A stretch of DNA of 63,936 nt, filler included, from Octopus bimaculoides (GCF_001194135.2; 5 parts of 5 records of this genome joined end to end with filler, not necessarily neighbours in it), one strand, 5' to 3'. Shown: positions 1 to 11,469, numbered from the whole stretch's first letter. The notes: generated by a model not told the origin, from the letters alone. Numbers and translations are program-made.

Positions 1-52
1 AACAGGAAAACACAAAACCGTACTTCTGTTAGTAAATGATGAAATTACTTAC

Positions 53-139
53 ATCAGTAAATGTGAGTAAACTTTTAGTGTGAACAGTAACGATTGAAGT
101 TAAAGTGAAGAAATAACTATGGCTACCGGAAGTTGACAT
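53..139 (-). CDS. Candidate first coding (or 5'UTR) exon of a gene running leftwards out of the window
   Basis: Minus-strand ATG at 139 preceded by an in-frame stop; 29 codons (MSTSGSHSYFFTLTSIVTVHTKSLLTFTD) end exactly at a consensus donor GAT|GTAAGT (intron starts 52). ETS-like ACTTCCGG at 126-133 and CACGTG near 285. No homology recognised. Confidence 0.3.
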
Positions 140-886
140 TGAGGAACATTTTTAAAGAAGTGAATCTTAAATATAAAGCAATATTATTTATCTTAATAAA
201 AAAATCAAAAGAAGAGTCTAAGATTTATCCGAGGTCAAATTATTCCTGCATCACAAGTATGGAAGTAAATAGTGAAGCCGTTTTCACGTGATAAGCGATT
301 ACACACACATCTCTGTTTTATATATAGTATATCTATATATATATATATATATACATATTGTGTTTTTGAGCACATCACATTTATAGAGATATTATCTTTG
401 GATAAATACTACTGTAAATTTGCCTTTCATGATGTATTCATGTTAAGTACAATACACAGAGAGCTATATATTGTATTACCTCTTTTCTCCACTATAAAGA
501 AAAGAAAGTCGATCATTTATATAGCATGTAGTTTTATCCCAAGTTGTGGTGCATTGACAAGCTCAAAATCAGAGTGAAATAAATTTATCTGCATCTACTT
601 GCAGCTACTACGACAGTCAAAAAAAAAAAAAAAACAGAATGAATTATATACTAATATCCACTCACATAATAAAATAAGTATATATATAAAAAAAAAAAAA
701 AATCTCAGCAGTTCTCTCCCCTCAAGGGAAATTTCTCCCCCTTTTATATTTCTTAGCAAGTCATCTTTCTCTCTGCCTCTAATGCTGAAAACAACTGCAG
801 ATGGCAGCAGCAGCAACAGCAGTCACCAGTCAAACTTCACACATACATATATATTTTGTTTGCATCTTTGTGTGTGTGTATGTGTG

Positions 887-2175
887 TAAGGGGTGGACTG
901 ACAAAGTTCATAGGCTGACTATGAAGGAGTGATGCTAGAGCTGTGAAATATTATATGCATTAATTTCAACCCTTCATATGAATAACTGCATTATTTCTTT
1001 CCAGATAAATTAACCTCTGACTCTTCAAAGAAGACTTCAAAAGTAACTAGTAGCAACTTTTGTTGAAAATGGACAAATTTCAGCATCATTGCATTATCAA
1101 ATACTGATAGAAAATTGGTTTAACCCCCCAAGGACATTCATGCCGACATGGTTGCTACATTAGGGGATGATGCTCCTGCTTTATCAAAAGTGCAAAAGTG
1201 GGCAACTGAACTTAGGAGAGAAATGGAGAGGCTTGAAGATGAACTAAGGCCTGGACATCCTGCAACTGCCACCACTGAAGAAAACATTGTGTTCACATGC
1301 TGATGGATGACAGCTGATTGACAATAAATCAAATGGTCAATGCTATTAACATATGCTGTGAGGGGGTTGAGAATATTCTGTACAATGAATTTGGAATGAC
1401 AACGGTTTCTGCTTACTGGGTGTCACATCTTCTGACACTTGATCAAATGTGCACCAAACTGATCACATCATGGGAAAATCTGACATCGTTTGAGTCACAT
1501 CTAGCTGGTTTCCTTGAATGCTCCCTAACCCAGGATGAATGTTTGGTTCATCACTTTGAGCCAGAGACAAAGAAATGATCCATGCAGTTGAAACACCCTC
1601 TTCACCAGCTCCAAAGAAGGCCAAGGTTGTTTCATCTGCAGGGAAGGTGATGGCTCAGATTTTTGGGATGCAAAAGGCATTGTGTTTATTGACTATCTTC
1701 AAAAGGACCACACCATCAATGGAGAAAACTATGCCAACTTGCTGAAGCGGTTATGAAATGTTATCAAGACTAAATGCCCAGGGAAACTGACAAAAGGGGT
1801 CTTGTTTCATCAGGCCAATACACCAGCACACAAGTTCTTGGTTTCAATGGCTACTGCATATGAGTCTGTCTTTGAACTGGTTAAACAGCCTTCCTATTCT
1901 CCTGATTTGGTTCCATCTAACTATCATCTGCTCCCTAACATAAAAAAAAACACTTGGCTGGGAGCCAATATTGCAGTAATGATGATGTCATATCTGTTGT
2001 TGGTGACTTTTTTAACCAACAGGATGAAAGTTTCTTCACCAATGGGATCCAAGCACTACAACACATGGAAGAACTGTGTGGACCACAAGGAGGACAATGT
2101 TGAAAAACAAATCTCATTTGGTTATATTCCATGAGAGTATCTTTGTCAGCTTATGAACTTTTCACCCAACCCTCA
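887..2175 (+). mobile_element. Full-length but decayed mariner (DD34D) DNA transposon
   Basis: ~31-bp TIRs: 889-919 AGGGGTGGACTGACAAAGTTCATAGGCTGAC vs reverse complement of 2145-2175 TGAGGGTTGGGTGAAAAGTTCATAAGCTGAC; TA at 887-888; ~1.29 kb length typical of mariner. Confidence 0.92.
1069..2110 (+). pseudogene. Mariner transposase pseudogene
   Basis: Broken frames give GLTPKDIHADMVATLGDDAP (HTH region), YWVSHLLT (WVPHEL motif), TQDE (first D), FWDAKGIVFIDYL, FHQANTPAH (second D lost) and YSPDLVPSNY (third D lost); several stops and frameshifts. Confidence 0.9.
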
Positions 2176-2998
2176 CATGTATGCATGCACGTCTGTAGGT
2201 GATTTTAGCAACACGGTTTTCCATAGAATAAAATTCTTCACATCGCAGGTATCAGAGATATTTAAAAGCATGAAAGACAAATTTACTATTCAGTAATTTA
2301 CATCCTCTGTCTCTTAACTGATTTCTTATTCCCAAGATAATTGCTGCCACAATTCCTATTTATCCATCTTTTCTTTCACCTCCACATCATTATCTTTATA
2401 CAACTTGTATTGAACTTGTGATATGTTATTCGCCATTCAGAATTGACTGCAGTGTTATTTAGTATTGCATTGTTGGTCATTGATCTTACATTATTTGTAA
2501 CCATATATTGCTGTTTATCTAGTTGACAGTAAGAGGGATTCGGTAACCAGAGAAGAGTTTGTAGAATTCCATCATACAAGTTCTTCACTTTGAATTATTA
2601 TCATCGCTGTTATCATTTATATTACATGCATTTGATCATAATTCGGTTTGGCTACAACTGATAGCGTACTAATTGCTCAAAGGCGTTTGTAATAAATTCA
2701 TTATTTGCAAGTTATTTCATCAATGAATTTACTATTAAACACACATACTTCAGTGGTGCAAATGAAAGCAAAACAAAATGCGGTTTTTATGATTAGAAAG
2801 CCTTTAGTGGAAACAACAATTCCTATGCAACAATATTAAAATCAAGCATCATAAAACTTATCTTCTAAGTTAACCAAAAATATTTCAGTTTACTAGCCTT
2901 TAACACAAGTGCGGCCAATTTAGAAGCAACACCTGATGCTAAAATTGCTACTGGCTTTCTCTGAGATCAAACAGAGACATCAATATGCAATTAATATT

Positions 2999-3063
2999 TC
3001 AAAGACTAAAGGGATGCAGAATGAAACAGTAGCTTTCAAAAAGCTGAGTGATGGTTCCTAAAC
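2999..3063 (-). CDS. Candidate terminal coding exon of the unidentified minus-strand gene
   Basis: Acceptor TTATTTATATATTTAG|GT, phase 1, (G)LGTITQLFESYCFILHPFSL*; phase-compatible with the 5710 donor. Confidence 0.3.
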
Positions 3064-3104
3064 CTAAATATATAAATAAGGTTTGTGTAAATAACTAATT
3101 ATAT

Positions 3105-3242
3105 ATATATGTATTATATGTATGTACGTATGTATGTATGTATGTATGTATGTATGTATGTATGTATGTATGTATGTATGTATGCATGCATGCATGTATG
3201 TATATGTATATATGTATATCTATCTCTCTGTATGTGTGTATA

Positions 3243-3292
<50 letters not shown>

Positions 3293-3312
3293 TATATGTG
3301 TGTGTGTGTGTG

Positions 3313-3365
<53 letters not shown>
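3105..3365. repeat. Compound (TATG)n/(TA)n/(TG)n microsatellite
   Basis: Seen directly; source of the spurious MYVC/YIYI ORFs. Confidence 0.95.
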
Positions 3366-3519
3366 ATCTATATACATACAATGTAGGCTAAAAGTCATGC
3401 ACAAATTAGGTTCAATACACTCCGGAATTGTCAAAGACATGCTTCAATATTTCTAAAATTGAATAAAATGAATAAAATGATGAAGAATACACACATATTT
3501 GTACATGATGAACAAGATA

Positions 3520-3528
3520 AATAAATAA

Positions 3529-3591
<63 letters not shown>

Positions 3592-3753
3592 CACAGGAGA
3601 AGGCACTACTTGAAACCTTTGGTGATTTGTTGTTGCCTGCTTTCAAGTAAAGAATAACTGGTAATTAAGAACTATTTGAGAGTCTTTTACAATAATAATA
3701 ATAATAGTAATAATAATAATAATAGTAGTAGTAGTAGTAGTAGTAATAATAAT
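3520..3753. repeat. (AAT)n / (AGT)n microsatellite tracts
   Basis: (AAT)n ~3520-3590 and (AAT)/(AGT)n ~3693-3753. Confidence 0.95.
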
Positions 3754-3754
3754 A

Positions 3755-4661
3755 AAGCCTGAAGCCTCTGCATGGACAGTTTATACTTTGAAGCCTAAAT
3801 GCTGATGTAGATGAAGCAACAACCCATCAGTGGCTGAGAAGCTCAGGACTGAAATCAGAAACCTTCAGTTTCATATTAGCAGCACAAGATGAAAGCTTGC
3901 TTGCCAAAAACTACCAGGCTATGGTTCTTCAAAACAGTTCTGACCTTAAATGCAGATTCTGCAACACATTTGATGAAACAATAGGCCATCATGTCTTGGG
4001 ATGTTCTTTGCTGACACCAAACAAGTACAAAAATCACTATGATAAGGTAGGACAGTATTTACATTGGAAAATTTGTAAATGCTACAAAATCAGAACTCCT
4101 GCTTACTGGTATGAACATAATACTGAACCAGTCGATGAAGGTAAAAATGACACTATTCTCTGTGATTTTCCAGTCAATACTGACTGCATGATCCAGGCTA
4201 ATCAACTAGACATAGTCATTAAAGATATGGAATAAAATACTTGTTGACTAACAGATGTAAGTGTTCCCACTGATAAAAATATATTTATAAAGAAATTTGA
4301 CAAATTGAGTAAATATAAGGACCTGGAAAATGAAATACAAAAAATGTGGCATCTTAAAACGAGAACTGTTCCTGTTATTGTGGGTGCCCTAGGTATGATA
4401 AGAAAGGGAAGTCAGAAACATCTAGATAATATCCCAGGAGAACTGTCTCAGAGAAATCCAAAAGATTGAGCTAACAATTAATTACTGCCCACATATTTAT
4501 AAAAACTCTACCAATTTAAATATCTGTGTTGCATTACATGAAAATATTTCACTACTGCCCCTGCCACTTCCCCTCCCCAAGCTTTCAGTCATACTGTAAC
4601 ATCTCTTTTCCTTTGGGTATGTCTCAGCAAATGATTGTGACAAACATGCAGATTCAAAGCA
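3755..4661 (+). mobile_element. 5'-truncated RLE-endonuclease non-LTR retrotransposon (R4/Dong-like), ORF C-terminus plus 3'UTR
   Basis: Degenerate translation LHGQF...WLRSSGLKSETFSFILAAQDE...CRFCNTFDETIGHHVLGC (CCHC knuckle)...ANQLDIVIKD...DVSVPTDKN...KYKDL...VPVIVGALG...TAHIFIKTLPI*, the PD-(D/E)xK region of R4-clade elements; flanked by (AAT)n on both sides. Confidence 0.88.
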
Positions 4662-4717
<56 letters not shown>

Positions 4718-4719
4718 TA

Positions 4720-5122
4720 AAAATGTGGTGGTGGACAAGGTGCACCACATATGCTATATAATTGATGTTGCATGCCCCTTTGACCCACAAATAGTGAAGA
4801 AGGAAGACAAAAAGATAGATATATACAACCTCCTTAAGTACAAAATAGTCTGGATATGGAAAATGAAGAAGGTGAAGATAGTGCCAATTATTGTTGGGCC
4901 CTTGGGAACAGTATCAGAAGGCATCAAGAGGAATATAAAGGGAATAGAAATACAGTGCCCAGTAGAACTGTTTGAAAAGGTCTGTCTCCTTGGCACAGCC
5001 AGAATAATCAGGAAAGTATTAGATAGCTAAAAAGAACAAATAGCATGGTACCGTAGGCTACAAGTAGTAGCCCTCTATGCATGCAAGACTCCAGGAGCTC
5101 CAAGAAAATCTGTGATAAAGAG
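4720..5122 (+). mobile_element. Second, divergent R4/Dong-like 3' fragment
   Basis: ORF 4725-5030 VVVDKVHHICYIIDVACPFD...KYKIVWIWKMKKVKIVPIIVGPLG...CLLGTARIIRKVLDS*, then a short UTR and (AAT)n 5123-5165; preceded by (AAT)n 4662-4715. Confidence 0.88.
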
Positions 5123-5156
<34 letters not shown>

Positions 5157-5178
5157 TATTAATAATGATCATAATACT

Positions 5179-5385
5179 TTCTACTAAAGGCGCAAGGCCA
5201 GAAAATTAGAGGGAAGAGACGAATCACATCGACCTCAGTGTTTCACTGGTACTTAATTTATCGACCCCCAAAAGGATGAAAGGCAAAGTCAACCTCAGCA
5301 GAATTTGAACGCAGAACATAAAGACATGAAATATCGCTAAACATTTTACCCGGTGTGCTAACAATTTTGCCAGCTTGCTGCCTTA
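5179..5385 (-). mobile_element. tRNA-head SINE, family M (MetaSINE-like core), decayed
   Basis: Matches the in-window family GGCGGCGAGCTGGCAGAA...GAGTTCAAATTCCGCCGAGGTCGACTTTGCCTTTCATCCTTTCGGGGTCGATAAATTAAGTACCAG on the minus strand; many CpG>TpG changes. Confidence 0.8.
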
Positions 5386-5394
5386 ATAATAATA

Positions 5395-5613
5395 ACAACT
5401 CGGGCACTCAGAGAGGGTAAACCTCCACCAAGGCAACACCAACATCTTCTCAACGATTAGCCAGATATGATTTTGAAAATGAGAATATTTGAAATAAACT
5501 CAACTGCACTCACAAATGAGAATACTAAAAATGAACCTGACCGCTCTCAAAAATTAAGTAAAAAAACCCAGAAAATAATCCAGAATCTTTGTCCAGTACC
5601 TGATCGATCCCAA
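5395..5613. mobile_element. Non-autonomous element family H (Helentron/DINE-pearl-like), partial
   Basis: GCACTCAGAGAGGGTAAACCTCCACCAAGGCAACACC... aligns with 6272-6636 and 55079-55190. Confidence 0.6.
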
Positions 5614-5709
5614 TGTTAGTCATAGAATGTGAAGGTGGCTGTAGAAAATTTAGTAACAGTAATTAATAATGTATCCTTATCTAATACAAGCTAAAGTTAA
5701 CAAACTCAC

Positions 5710-5748
5710 CATTCAAAATAGTTTCAAAGGCAGAGGTAACAATAAGTT
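5710..5748 (-). CDS. Candidate small exon of the minus-strand gene
   Basis: Strong donor AATG|GTGAGT (intron starts 5709); open frame LIVTSAFETILN, phase 1-1 if the TAG at 5749-5751 is the acceptor. The acceptor is ambiguous. Confidence 0.3.
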
Positions 5749-6110
5749 CTACTCAGGAATTTTTAAATGAATAGTATGAGACCTTTTGGTTTCCTCTTCT
5801 TTTAAATTCCAGCCTTCCTTTTGTATTCCTGTTGTTTTAGATCGATGGATAGATATATGTATATATGTAAGTATACTGAAAAGTGTTAATATGTACATAT
5901 AATACATAATATGTATATTATAAAAATATGTTAGTCTTAATTAATTTCTGAACGGTTTTGTTGCCATTTGTTTATGTAGCTTGATTTCTTTATCCATCAG
6001 TTTCAACTAAGATAGAGATGCGAATAAAATTAATAATAGAGTAATGAAAATAAGACTTCAGAAACAACCTAAAGGAAGATAATTGAGAAAGACTTGAAAG
6101 TCAATATAAC

Positions 6111-6246
6111 AAATAATCCAGAATCCTTGTCAGGTACTGAATCAATCCCAAAATTTAATCAGTTCATGCCAGTCATGAGGCCAAACAAACAAACAAACAA
6201 ACACAACTGAAAACAATATCTCCATCTATGCTAAGGTGGAGGTAAT
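6111..6246. mobile_element. Family H element, terminal part
   Basis: (ACAA)n followed by AAAACAATATCTCCATCTATGCTAAGGTGGAGGTAATAAT, an imperfect terminal hairpin. Confidence 0.6.
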
Positions 6247-6271
6247 AATAATAACAATAATATTAATAATA

Positions 6272-6636
6272 ACAAGAACAATCAGAGAGCACAAAACTCC
6301 TCCAAAGCAACACCAACATCCTCTCAACGATTAGCCAGAGATGATTTTTAAAAAGAGAATATCTGAAATAAACTTGACTGCACTCACAAACGAGAATACT
6401 AAAAATTAACCTGACCACTCTTAAACATAAAGTAAAAATACCCGAAAAATTATCTAGAATCCTTGTTTGGTACCAGATCAATCCCAAAATCTAATCAGTT
6501 TGTGCTAGACATGAGGCCAGACATCCCTGACAGTTTCATTTGAATCCATCTAGTGGTTCTTGAGATATCTTGTTCACAGACAAACAAACAAACAAACAAA
6601 CATGACTGAAAACAATACCTCCACCTTCGCTAAGGT
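6272..6636. mobile_element. Family H element, near full length
   Basis: Contains both ends, the (ACAA)n tract and ACCTCCACCTTCGCTAAGGT; sits directly after an (AAT)n tract. Confidence 0.65.
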
Positions 6637-6644
6637 TTCAAATT

Positions 6645-6853
6645 TTTCCACAAGGGCAGTCATTTTTGGGGGAGGGGATAAGTCGATTACATCGATCCCA
6701 GTGTTTCACTGGTACTTAATTTATCGACCCCGAAAGGATGAAAGGCAAAACTGACCTCTTTAGAATTTGAACTCAGAACACTGCGACAGACGGAATACTG
6801 CTAAGAATTTCACCCGGCCTACTGACAATTCTGCCAATTTGCTGCCACCTTTA
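6645..6853 (-). mobile_element. SINE family M
   Basis: Core TACTTAATTTATCGACCCCGAAAGGATGAAAGGCAAA on the plus strand (reverse of the family). Confidence 0.8.
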
Positions 6854-6915
6854 AGACAACAACAACAATGCTGTAATGTCAAATGTTTTGATGCGTGACT
6901 TTTGGCCCAGACTAT

Positions 6916-7303
6916 TGTTGTTGTTGGCACTCCGTCGCTTACGACGTCGAGGGTTCCAGTTGCTCTGATCAATGGAACAGCCTGCTCGTGAAATTAACGT
7001 GCAAGTGGCTGAGCACTCCACAGACACGTGTACCGTTAACGTAGTTCTCGGGGATATTGAGCGTGACACAGTGTGACAAGGCTGACCCTTTGAATTACAG
7101 ACACAACAGAAACAGGAAGTAAGAGTGAGAGAAAGTTGTGGTGAAAGAGTACAGCAGGGTTTGCCACCATCCCCTGCCGGAGCCTTGTGGAGCTTTAGGT
7201 GTTTTCGCTCAATAAACACTCACAACACCCGGTCTGGGAATCGAAACCGTGATCCTATGACCACGAGTCCGCTGCCCTAACCACTGGGCCATTGCGCCTC
7301 CAC
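6916..7303 (-). mobile_element. Full-length tRNA-head SINE, family K (OK-like), with target-site duplication
   Basis: Head GGCGCAATGGCCCAGTGGTTAGGGCAGCGG...GGTTTCGATTCCC (A and B boxes), (CAA)n tail; identical CCCAGACTAT at 6906-6915 and 7306-7315. Confidence 0.9.
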
Positions 7304-7361
7304 GACCCAGACTATATATATGTATGTATGTTCCCTCAAATCTTCAGTTATATTTCGTTAC

Positions 7362-7407
7362 ACTGAATCAGCAAGAGGGTACTTCCAATGTCAGATACGA
7401 ATCGAAC
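7362..7407 (-). CDS. Candidate exon of the minus-strand gene
   Basis: TAG|GTTCGA...CAGT|GTAACG; phase 0 frame VRFVSDIGSTLLLIQ follows the 8168-8218 exon. Weak polypyrimidine tract, and joining to 5748 would create a stop, so boundaries are uncertain. Confidence 0.3.
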
Positions 7408-8167
7408 CTAATTACTCTGTATTTGAAATACATATTCACTTCCAATGGAAAACAAAGCATTACTCTCTTAAAACAAACTGATATTAGGCAGCAATATCAG
7501 TTAATGATAGCCAGTATTTATATCATTAAGTACATTTCAGTTAATGATTTATTCTGTGTTATCACTGAATTATATAACACAACAAATAAAACAGCATTCA
7601 ATAATAATAATTGTAATTATTTTAATGTGAGAGACAACTGGGTTGAAATGATGAGAAACAACACAGCAAATGTGTACATGCGCGTGTGTATGTATGAGTG
7701 TATGTGCATATGTATATTCATCATTTAATATCATCCAAGCAAAGATAATCTGTGGATGAATGACATTACGTTATTAACATTATATAATATAATATAATGT
7801 AATATAATATAATATAATATAATGCATATTATATGATCAATAGTATACGTTGATAGCTGAGAAATAATATATCATTTTATGGAGTTTAAAGACTACTCAG
7901 AAATTATAACAGGAAAAAAAAAATGAAAAAAAAAAACAATAATAAAAAACAAAGAATCTGTTATCAAAAAGAATAGAAAAAATACAATAAACATATGTTT
8001 TAGCACGAGAAAGAGCCAAAGTCATGAAATACCTGAATACCATACAACAATGAAAATGACTTCAATGTCAACAGCAAAAAACAAAAACAACTGCAGAATG
8101 GTAAAGATTAATGGAGTAGTGTTCTTGGATCAAGTGCTCCAAAACAAAGGAAATTATGAGCTGTTAC

Positions 8168-8218
8168 CTGATATGGTATTTGGCACTGTGGCATGACCTT
8201 GTACACATTCTTCAAAGC
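8168..8218 (-). CDS. Internal coding exon (51 nt) of an unidentified gene
   Basis: Acceptor CCTAACCTTTTTCCAG|, donor CAG|GTAACA; phase 0-0, ALKNVYKVMPQCQIPYQ. Confidence 0.6.
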
Positions 8219-8914
8219 CTGGAAAAAGGTTAGGGAATAATATATAGGATAGAAACAATTCGTGTTTGCCCACTTCATGTTAATGCCTTTAAGATTCACC
8301 CAATCATTCATTCATACATACATTCAGTCAGTTTCCTTGATGACGATAATGATGAGGACGATGACATTGATGACGATGATGTCGATAATGATGACGACGA
8401 CGATGATTATGATGATGATGATGAAGAATAAGGGGTGGTTGGAGTGGTTCATTTTCATGTTTTTATTTTTCTTCGGTTTTAATATTAGGAAAACATCGAA
8501 GTCTAATGTACAGTTTCAAATACGCTGTATGTATATGCATATCACTGCATCACTGTATCGACTAAACAACTGGATGCTGTTATATACCTCTGATCACAAT
8601 GCACTTCCTCACATTGTTGTACCTTTCGAATGATACCACCCTGCAGGTTAGGTAGGCAGGACAACACGCTCCCTGAACAGAAAGCCAGTTCATTGCAGGG
8701 TTATCCATTTACAGCTGAATGACTTGGTGCAATGTAAAATAAAGTGTTTTACTCAGGAAGTTGCATGGCTTAGTAGTTAGGACATTTGGATCATGATTAC
8801 AAGGTCATGAATTTGATTCCACAGCTGTGTGGTAAGAAGCTTGCTGACCAAAGCCTTGTGAGTGGATTTGGTAGATGTAAAACTGGAAGAAGTTTGTCGT
8901 ACACATATATATAT

Positions 8915-9325
8915 AGGTGCAGGAGTGGCTGTGTGGTAAGTAGCTTGCTTACCAACCACATGGTTCTAGGTTCAGTCCCACTGCGTGGCACGTTGGGCAA
9001 GTGTCTTCTACTATAGCCTCGGGCTGACCAAAGCCTTGTGAGTGGATTTGGTAGATGGAAACAGAAAGAAGCCCATCGTATATATGTATATTTATATGTA
9101 TGTGTGTGTATATGTTTGTGTGTCTGTGTTTGTCCCCACCAACATCGCTTCACAACCGATGCTGGTGTGTTTACGTCCCCGTAACTTAATGGTTCGGCAA
9201 AAGAACCGATAGAATAAGTACTAGGCTTACAAAGAATAAGTCCTGGGGTCGATTTGCTTGACTCAAGGCGATGCTCCAGCATGGCCGCAGTCAAATGAAT
9301 GAAACAAGTAAAAGAGTAAAAGAGT
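8915..9325 (+). mobile_element. Full-length tRNA-head CORE-type SINE, family O (octopus OR-like)
   Basis: Head GGAGTGGCTGTGTGGTAAG...GGTTCAGTCCC, CORE-like TTGGGCAAGTGTCTT, internal (TG)n, tail CATGGCCGCAGTCAAATGAATGAAACAAGTAAAAGAG; partial neighbouring copies at ~8820-8900 and ~9350-9560. Confidence 0.88.
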
Positions 9326-9559
9326 ATGTATGTATGTATGTATGTATTTGTGTGCCTGTGTTTGTCCCCCTACCATCACTTGACAACCGATGCTGGTGTG
9401 TTTACATCCCCCATAACTTAACAGTTAGGTAAAAGAGACCGATAGAATAAGTACTAGGCTTATAGAGAATAAGTCCTGAAGCTGATTTGTCCAACTAAGG
9501 TGGTGCTCCAGCATGGCCGCAGTCAAATGACTGAAACAAGTAAAAGAACAAAAGAATAA

Positions 9560-9830
9560 AAGTGTGTTATGTCCTTGAGCAAGACACATTATTTCACATT
9601 GCTCCAGTCTACTCAGCTAGCAAAAATGAGTTGTACCTGTATTTCAAAGGGCCAGACTTGTCACACTCTGTGTCACGCTGAATCTCTCTGAGGATTACGT
9701 TACGGGTACACATACACATGTCTGTGGAGTGGTCAGCCACTTGCATGTTAATTTCAAGAGCAGGCTGTTCCATTAATTGGATCGACTGGGACCTTCATTG
9801 TCATAACCAGCAGAGTGCTCAAAAACACAA
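9560..9830 (+). mobile_element. SINE body with CORE-like box and a family-K-type 3' tail
   Basis: TCCTTGAGCAAGACAC...CTCCAGTCTACTCAGC followed by CTTGTCACACTCTGTGTCACGCTGAATC...CAGCCACTTGCATGTTAATTTC, which matches the family K tail. Confidence 0.65.
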
Positions 9831-11163
9831 GGCACTGCTGATCTGGAAATCAAAATCACAATCTTGCAATCAACACACTGACCACTAAGCCATGCATCTT
9901 CACATGTATGCATATAAGCATGCATTAATTCCCCCAGTCATTTGAACTGAATGGGGAGCAGTGTTAAACCTCATCCAGTGTTACATCTAAAGTAAACCTG
10001 CATGATAGAGCCTATCCTTAAAATTATGTTATATTAAATATCATACACCACATAAGTATACAATAAACAGGTCTTTCTTTAGCCAGAAATTTCTGTTATG
10101 TTAGAGCAAATGTGACAAAACTTTTTTAGTACCAAGAGTGAGTTACAAGTGCATAACAAACTGTGAGAAGAGGCTCGTATATATTGAGAAAAGTAATCAA
10201 TCACTAGAATATATTTACACAGGATGCAATGTAAATTTTAACACCTAAGACATGTAGAATGTAGATAACTCTGAAGTTATTCATTTGAAAACCTTAGTTG
10301 TGAACATTACAACTGATGTGGAAACATTCTATTGTTCTTTTAAGTAACCAGAAAAATTCCAGTTACTGTATTTTCCACCATACAAGTTGAATTTCTCAAA
10401 GTGAAATGTGTACAGCCAATAAAGATAGGTTGACTAATATACCAAGATATTTTTGGAGGACCAAAATTTCTATGTAAAATGCAACAGGATTTGGAAAGAT
10501 AGTGAAGGTTTTTTAATGTTTACACTTTATACTAAGTCATCTTGCATGCTGGAAGATATGGTGTTTCCTGTTTATTGCAAAAAGATAATAGGATATTTTC
10601 ACACTAACTACAATCTCCACAGCTAAGACTTTCAAAGAATTGCAAAATTTGTTTATATTATACATGTACCAGGTATAAAGAATTGTAACTCATAAGTGTG
10701 CAGTGTTACTTATAATTAAGTGCTGTTTTGATCTTAAGGCTTAAACCATTTTTATGTATGGGTCTTTAATGAATTTCATCTGCAAACAGCTAGACGGTGG
10801 AATGTTATAGTTAGAATGCCTCTCATCATGTCTTTCCTGTCAGGGATGACTGGGGTTAAACAACAACAACAACAACAGCAGCAGCGTTGTCATCGTCATT
10901 TAACATCCGTCTTCCATGCTGGCATGGATTGGACAAAAAGCAACTTGTAAAATAAGTTCATCAGGTATAACTGCCATATGCACCAACTTTTGTTCCTTCA
11001 AACACTTTAACAATGCATCACCAAGACAGACAAAGGCTTTTGCTTCTCTAAACAGTTGACCAATATGCCACCAAGGTTCACTCACTTCTCATTCTTTCAT
11101 CCAGCTACCTGTATCTTAACCCATGCAGTTTATACTAAACACTTCTCAGAGTCCTTTCTTTAC

Positions 11164-11220
11164 CTGACCACAACCATCCCAGACAATCTCCCTACAGGTA
11201 TCAGCCAGTAGAATTTCAAA
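11164..11220 (-). CDS. Internal coding exon (57 nt) of an unidentified gene
   Basis: Acceptor TTACTTTTCAG|, donor CAG|GTAAAG; phase 0-0, FEILLADTCREIVWDGCGQ. Confidence 0.6.
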
Positions 11221-11469
11221 CTGAAAAGTAATTGTATTGACCTCAGCCGTATTATTAGGGCCTACAGAAGGGTTGTAGGTATTGTTCCTTCTATTCAGGC
11301 TAATTAACTTTGGGTTTCTTTTTTTTGTTGTTGATATCTCTGAATTTGTTGGGACTGTTGTGAGTTCAATTTGTTAGAACCACCACCAGCACCAGTGTCA
11401 GCAGCAGCAGCAACACTGTCACCACTACCAACACCACCACCAAACAAATAAAACAAAAACAAGTTGAGA

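Noticed and set aside
2376-2588. 70-aa Asn-rich minus ORF and a hydrophobic plus-strand stretch
   Set aside because: No convincing splice signals or homology; more likely 3'UTR or intergenic.
7225-7303. tRNA-like sequence with A and B boxes (also 27666-27735, 60195-60270)
   Set aside because: Continuous with SINE bodies and lacking a proper acceptor stem; SINE heads, not tRNA genes.
7324-7728. 134-aa plus-strand ORF
   Set aside because: AT-rich low-complexity composition, no recognisable motif, antisense to a candidate exon.
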